A stretch of 64,000 bases of DNA, from the NCBI GenBank assembly GCA_034521815.1, contig JAXHLW010000013.1:256001-320000 (forward strand), read 5' to 3'. Below are positions 61,631 to 64,000 of this stretch, piece by piece. The position numbers and the translations under genes were made by a program. Numbering within the stretch: the first letter of the stretch is position 1; each line of letters opens with the position of its first letter. The notes beneath the pieces are model-generated. The model was not told the DNA's origin. It did no database searches and worked only from the letters and a program-made list of their open reading frames with translations. This DNA is from Trueperaceae bacterium. GTDB taxonomy: Bacteria; Deinococcota; Deinococci; Deinococcales; Trueperaceae.

Positions 61631-62040
61631 GGCGTCTTGCGCGCACCGGATGCACACGGAGTCGCCCGGTCGACGTTTCGTCGGCCGGGGCGACCCCGCC
61701 TACCCGGACGCGAGCGGCGCGACCGTTCGCCGATCCGGCACGACGTAGCCAGCGACTATCTTCCGCTATTCTGGATATTTGAACCGTTCGCCCGCCTGCT
61801 CCCCGTGGAGGTGGACTTGCGCAGCGCTCCGATCGAGACGGTTGGGACCGTCCCTAGCGATCGATTCGGGACCGAGCCGTCGAAGGGCGCAACGGGCGCC
61901 CGAACGTACGATACCGACCGCCGCACGCCGAACGCCTGCCCGCTCCGGGTGGACGAGGGCGTGACGGCGCAGCGTCACGACATCGGCAAGACCGTCTGCG
62001 CCACAGTCGGCGTGGACGCAGCGCATGCAGTGAAGGGGTG

Positions 62041-64000
62041 ATGATGCGCGAGATCGAATCGTTCGGTAGCATCCGCGAGGTCACGGAGCTTCCAAACCTG
62101 ACCAACATCCAGATTACGTCGTACGAGCATTTCTTGCAACGCGACATGGCCCCGACCGAGCGTGAGATGCACGGTCTGCAAGCCGCGTTCCGCGAGATCT
62201 TCCCGATCGACGAGACCGAGCGCGGCCGCCAGACCGGCCTGGTCATCGACTTCCTCGAGTACACGCTGACCGACCCCGAGTTCACGCCCGAAGAGTGCCG
62301 CGAGAAGGACCAGAGCTACCAGTCGGGCCTGTTCGCCAAGCTGCAGCTCGTGCACAAGGACACCGGCCTGATCAAGGAAGACCAGGTGTTCCTCGGCGAC
62401 CTCCCGCTGATGACCGAGGACGGCTCGTTCGTGATCAACGGGGCCGACCGCGTGATCGTGTCGCAGATCCACCGCTCGCCCGGCGTGTACTTCACCAGCT
62501 CGCTGCGCAGCAGCGGCGCGAAGAGCCTGACGGCCAGCATCATCCCGATGCCCAAGCGGGGACCGTGGATCGAGCTCGAGTTCGACAACGCCGGCGTGCT
62601 CTGGATGAAGGTCAACAAGCGGAAGTTCCCCTTCAGCCTGCTCCTGCGCGTCCTGGGTCACAGCGACGAGTCGATCCGCGAGCTGTTCGCCGGCCACGAG
62701 TCGCTGGTCGACCCCACGCTCGAAAGCGAGGAGGCCTCGGGAATCACGCCGGAAGAGGCGCTCCTGCGGCTGTTCACGGTGCTCCGGCCCGGCGATCCGC
62801 CCAAGGTCGACAAGGCGACGAGCTACCTGTTCGGGCTGCTCGCCGATCCGCGCCGCTACGACCTCGGCGAGGCCGGCCGCTACAAGGTGAACGAGAAGCT
62901 CGACCTGGAGTTCGAGCCGAAGACGCTGCTGGGCTTCGAGGACGGTCGCTTCATCGACTACGGCCTGATCCCGACGCTGCAGTACCTCGTCAAGCTGCAG
63001 GCGGGCGACGAGGACGTCTCCGAAGACGACATCGATCACCTCGGAAACCGCCGCATCCGGACCGTCGGCGAGCTCGTCGCCGACCAGATCCGGGTCGGGC
63101 TCGGTCGCATGGCCCGTGGCGTCCGCGAGCGCATGCTGCTCGGCAACCCCGACGCTGCGACGCCGCAGAAGCTGATCAACAACCGGCCGATCGTGGCCGC
63201 GCTGCGCGAGTTCTACGGCCGCAGCCAGCTGTCGCAGTTCAAGGACCAGATCAATCCGCTCTCCGAGCTGCGGCACAAGCGGCGCATCTCGGCGCTCGGA
63301 CCGGGCGGACTGACGCGCGAGCGTGCGGGCTTCGACGTGCGTGACGTGCACCGCACGCACTACGGCCGGATCTGTCCGATCGAGACGCCCGAAGGCGCCA
63401 ACATCGGTCTGATCACGTCGCTCGCGAGCTACTCGCGCGTGAACGGGCTCGGCTTCATCGAGGCTCCCTACCGCCGCGTCGTGGATCAGAAGGTCACCGA
63501 CGAGGTCGTGTACATGACCGCCCACGAAGAGGACCGCTACGTCATCGCTCAGGCCAACACGGTGCTCGACGCGGACGGCGGCTTCGTGAACGAGCGGATC
63601 GTGGCGCGCGACCAGGGCGATCCGGTCTTCGTCGCCCGCGAGGACGTCGACTTCATGGACGTCTCGCCCAAGCAGATCATCTCGGTGCCGACGTCGCTGA
63701 TTCCGTTCCTGGAGCACGACGACGCGAACCGTGCCCTGATGGGCTCGAACATGCAGTCGCAGGCGGTCCCGCTGATCAAGGCGGACGCGCCGTACGTCGG
63801 CACCGGCGTCGAGGAGCGCATCAGCCTCGATTCGGGCACCTGCGTGATCGCGACCGAGGCCGGCACCGTCGGCTACGTGGACGCCGAGCGCATCCGCGTC
63901 ACCAGCGACAAGGGGGTCGAGCGCGAGTACGAGCTGACCCGCTTCCAACGCTCGAACCAGAACACGAACCTCGACCAGCACCCCATCGTGGAGCTCGGCG
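62041..64000 (+). CDS. rpoB: RNA polymerase beta subunit, 5' part (runs off window)
   Basis: MREIESFGSIRE..LPNLT.IQ, FVINGADRVIVSQIHRSPG, DDIDHLGNRR, SQLSQFKDQINPLSELRHKRRISALGPGGL, HYGRICPIETPEG, DDANRALMGSNMQ; absent from the ORF track because there is no stop. Confidence 0.98.
   Translation, partial: MMREIESFGSIREVTELPNLTNIQITSYEHFLQRDMAPTEREMHGLQAAFREIFPIDETERGRQTGLVIDFLEYTLTDPEFTPEECREKDQSYQSGLFAKLQLVHKDTGLIKEDQVFLGDLPLMTEDGSFVINGADRVIVSQIHRSPGVYFTSSLRSSGAKSLTASIIPMPKRGPWIELEFDNAGVLWMKVNKRKFPFSLLLRVLGHSDESIRELFAGHESLVDPTLESEEASGITPEEALLRLFTVLRPGDPPKVDKATSYLFGLLADPRRYDLGEAGRYKVNEKLDLEFEPKTLLGFEDGRFIDYGLIPTLQYLVKLQAGDEDVSEDDIDHLGNRRIRTVGELVADQIRVGLGRMARGVRERMLLGNPDAATPQKLINNRPIVAALREFYGRSQLSQFKDQINPLSELRHKRRISALGPGGLTRERAGFDVRDVHRTHYGRICPIETPEGANIGLITSLASYSRVNGLGFIEAPYRRVVDQKVTDEVVYMTAHEEDRYVIAQANTVLDADGGFVNERIVARDQGDPVFVAREDVDFMDVSPKQIISVPTSLIPFLEHDDANRALMGSNMQSQAVPLIKADAPYVGTGVEERISLDSGTCVIATEAGTVGYVDAERIRVTSDKGVEREYELTRFQRSNQNTNLDQHPIVELG

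Noticed and set aside
63210-63310. Rifampicin-resistance substitutions in RpoB cluster I
   Set aside because: SQLSQFKDQINPLSELRHKRRISALG keeps the key Q, D, H and S residues.

Overview
A very GC-rich bacterial chromosomal segment made almost entirely of housekeeping genes. The RpoB N-terminus and the bL28 and bL31 sequences, together with the pervasive leaderless TANNNT promoters, point to Deinococcota, probably Truepera-like (inference); several proteins are markedly acidic. It holds about 60 CDS: RNA/tRNA modification, fumC, thrB, nnr, methylmalonyl-CoA mutase, a Fur-family/YibE-F/znuACB metal cluster, aroA-cmk-nadK, a cobalamin riboswitch with btuFCD, a GT2-sqdB-sqdX sulfolipid locus, a DUF1998 helicase, tatAC with a chorismate mutase/DAHP synthase fusion, and the tRNA(Thr-Tyr-Gly-Thr)-tuf-rpmG-secE-nusG-rplKAJL-rpoB cluster (rpoB is cut off by the window end). 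I found no transposase, integrase, CRISPR array or rRNA. The most unusual signal is in tuf (+ strand) and sqdB (- strand). Both are depleted of C on the same physical (+) strand at synonymous sites, the effect is confined to the ORFs, and it is independent of coding direction. This suggests a gene-restricted, strand-polarised mutational process, possibly acting on duplicated genes. At least five single-base frameshifts, including one in the essential rplL, indicate indel errors in the assembly. All calls come from motif recognition by eye; no database searches were run.
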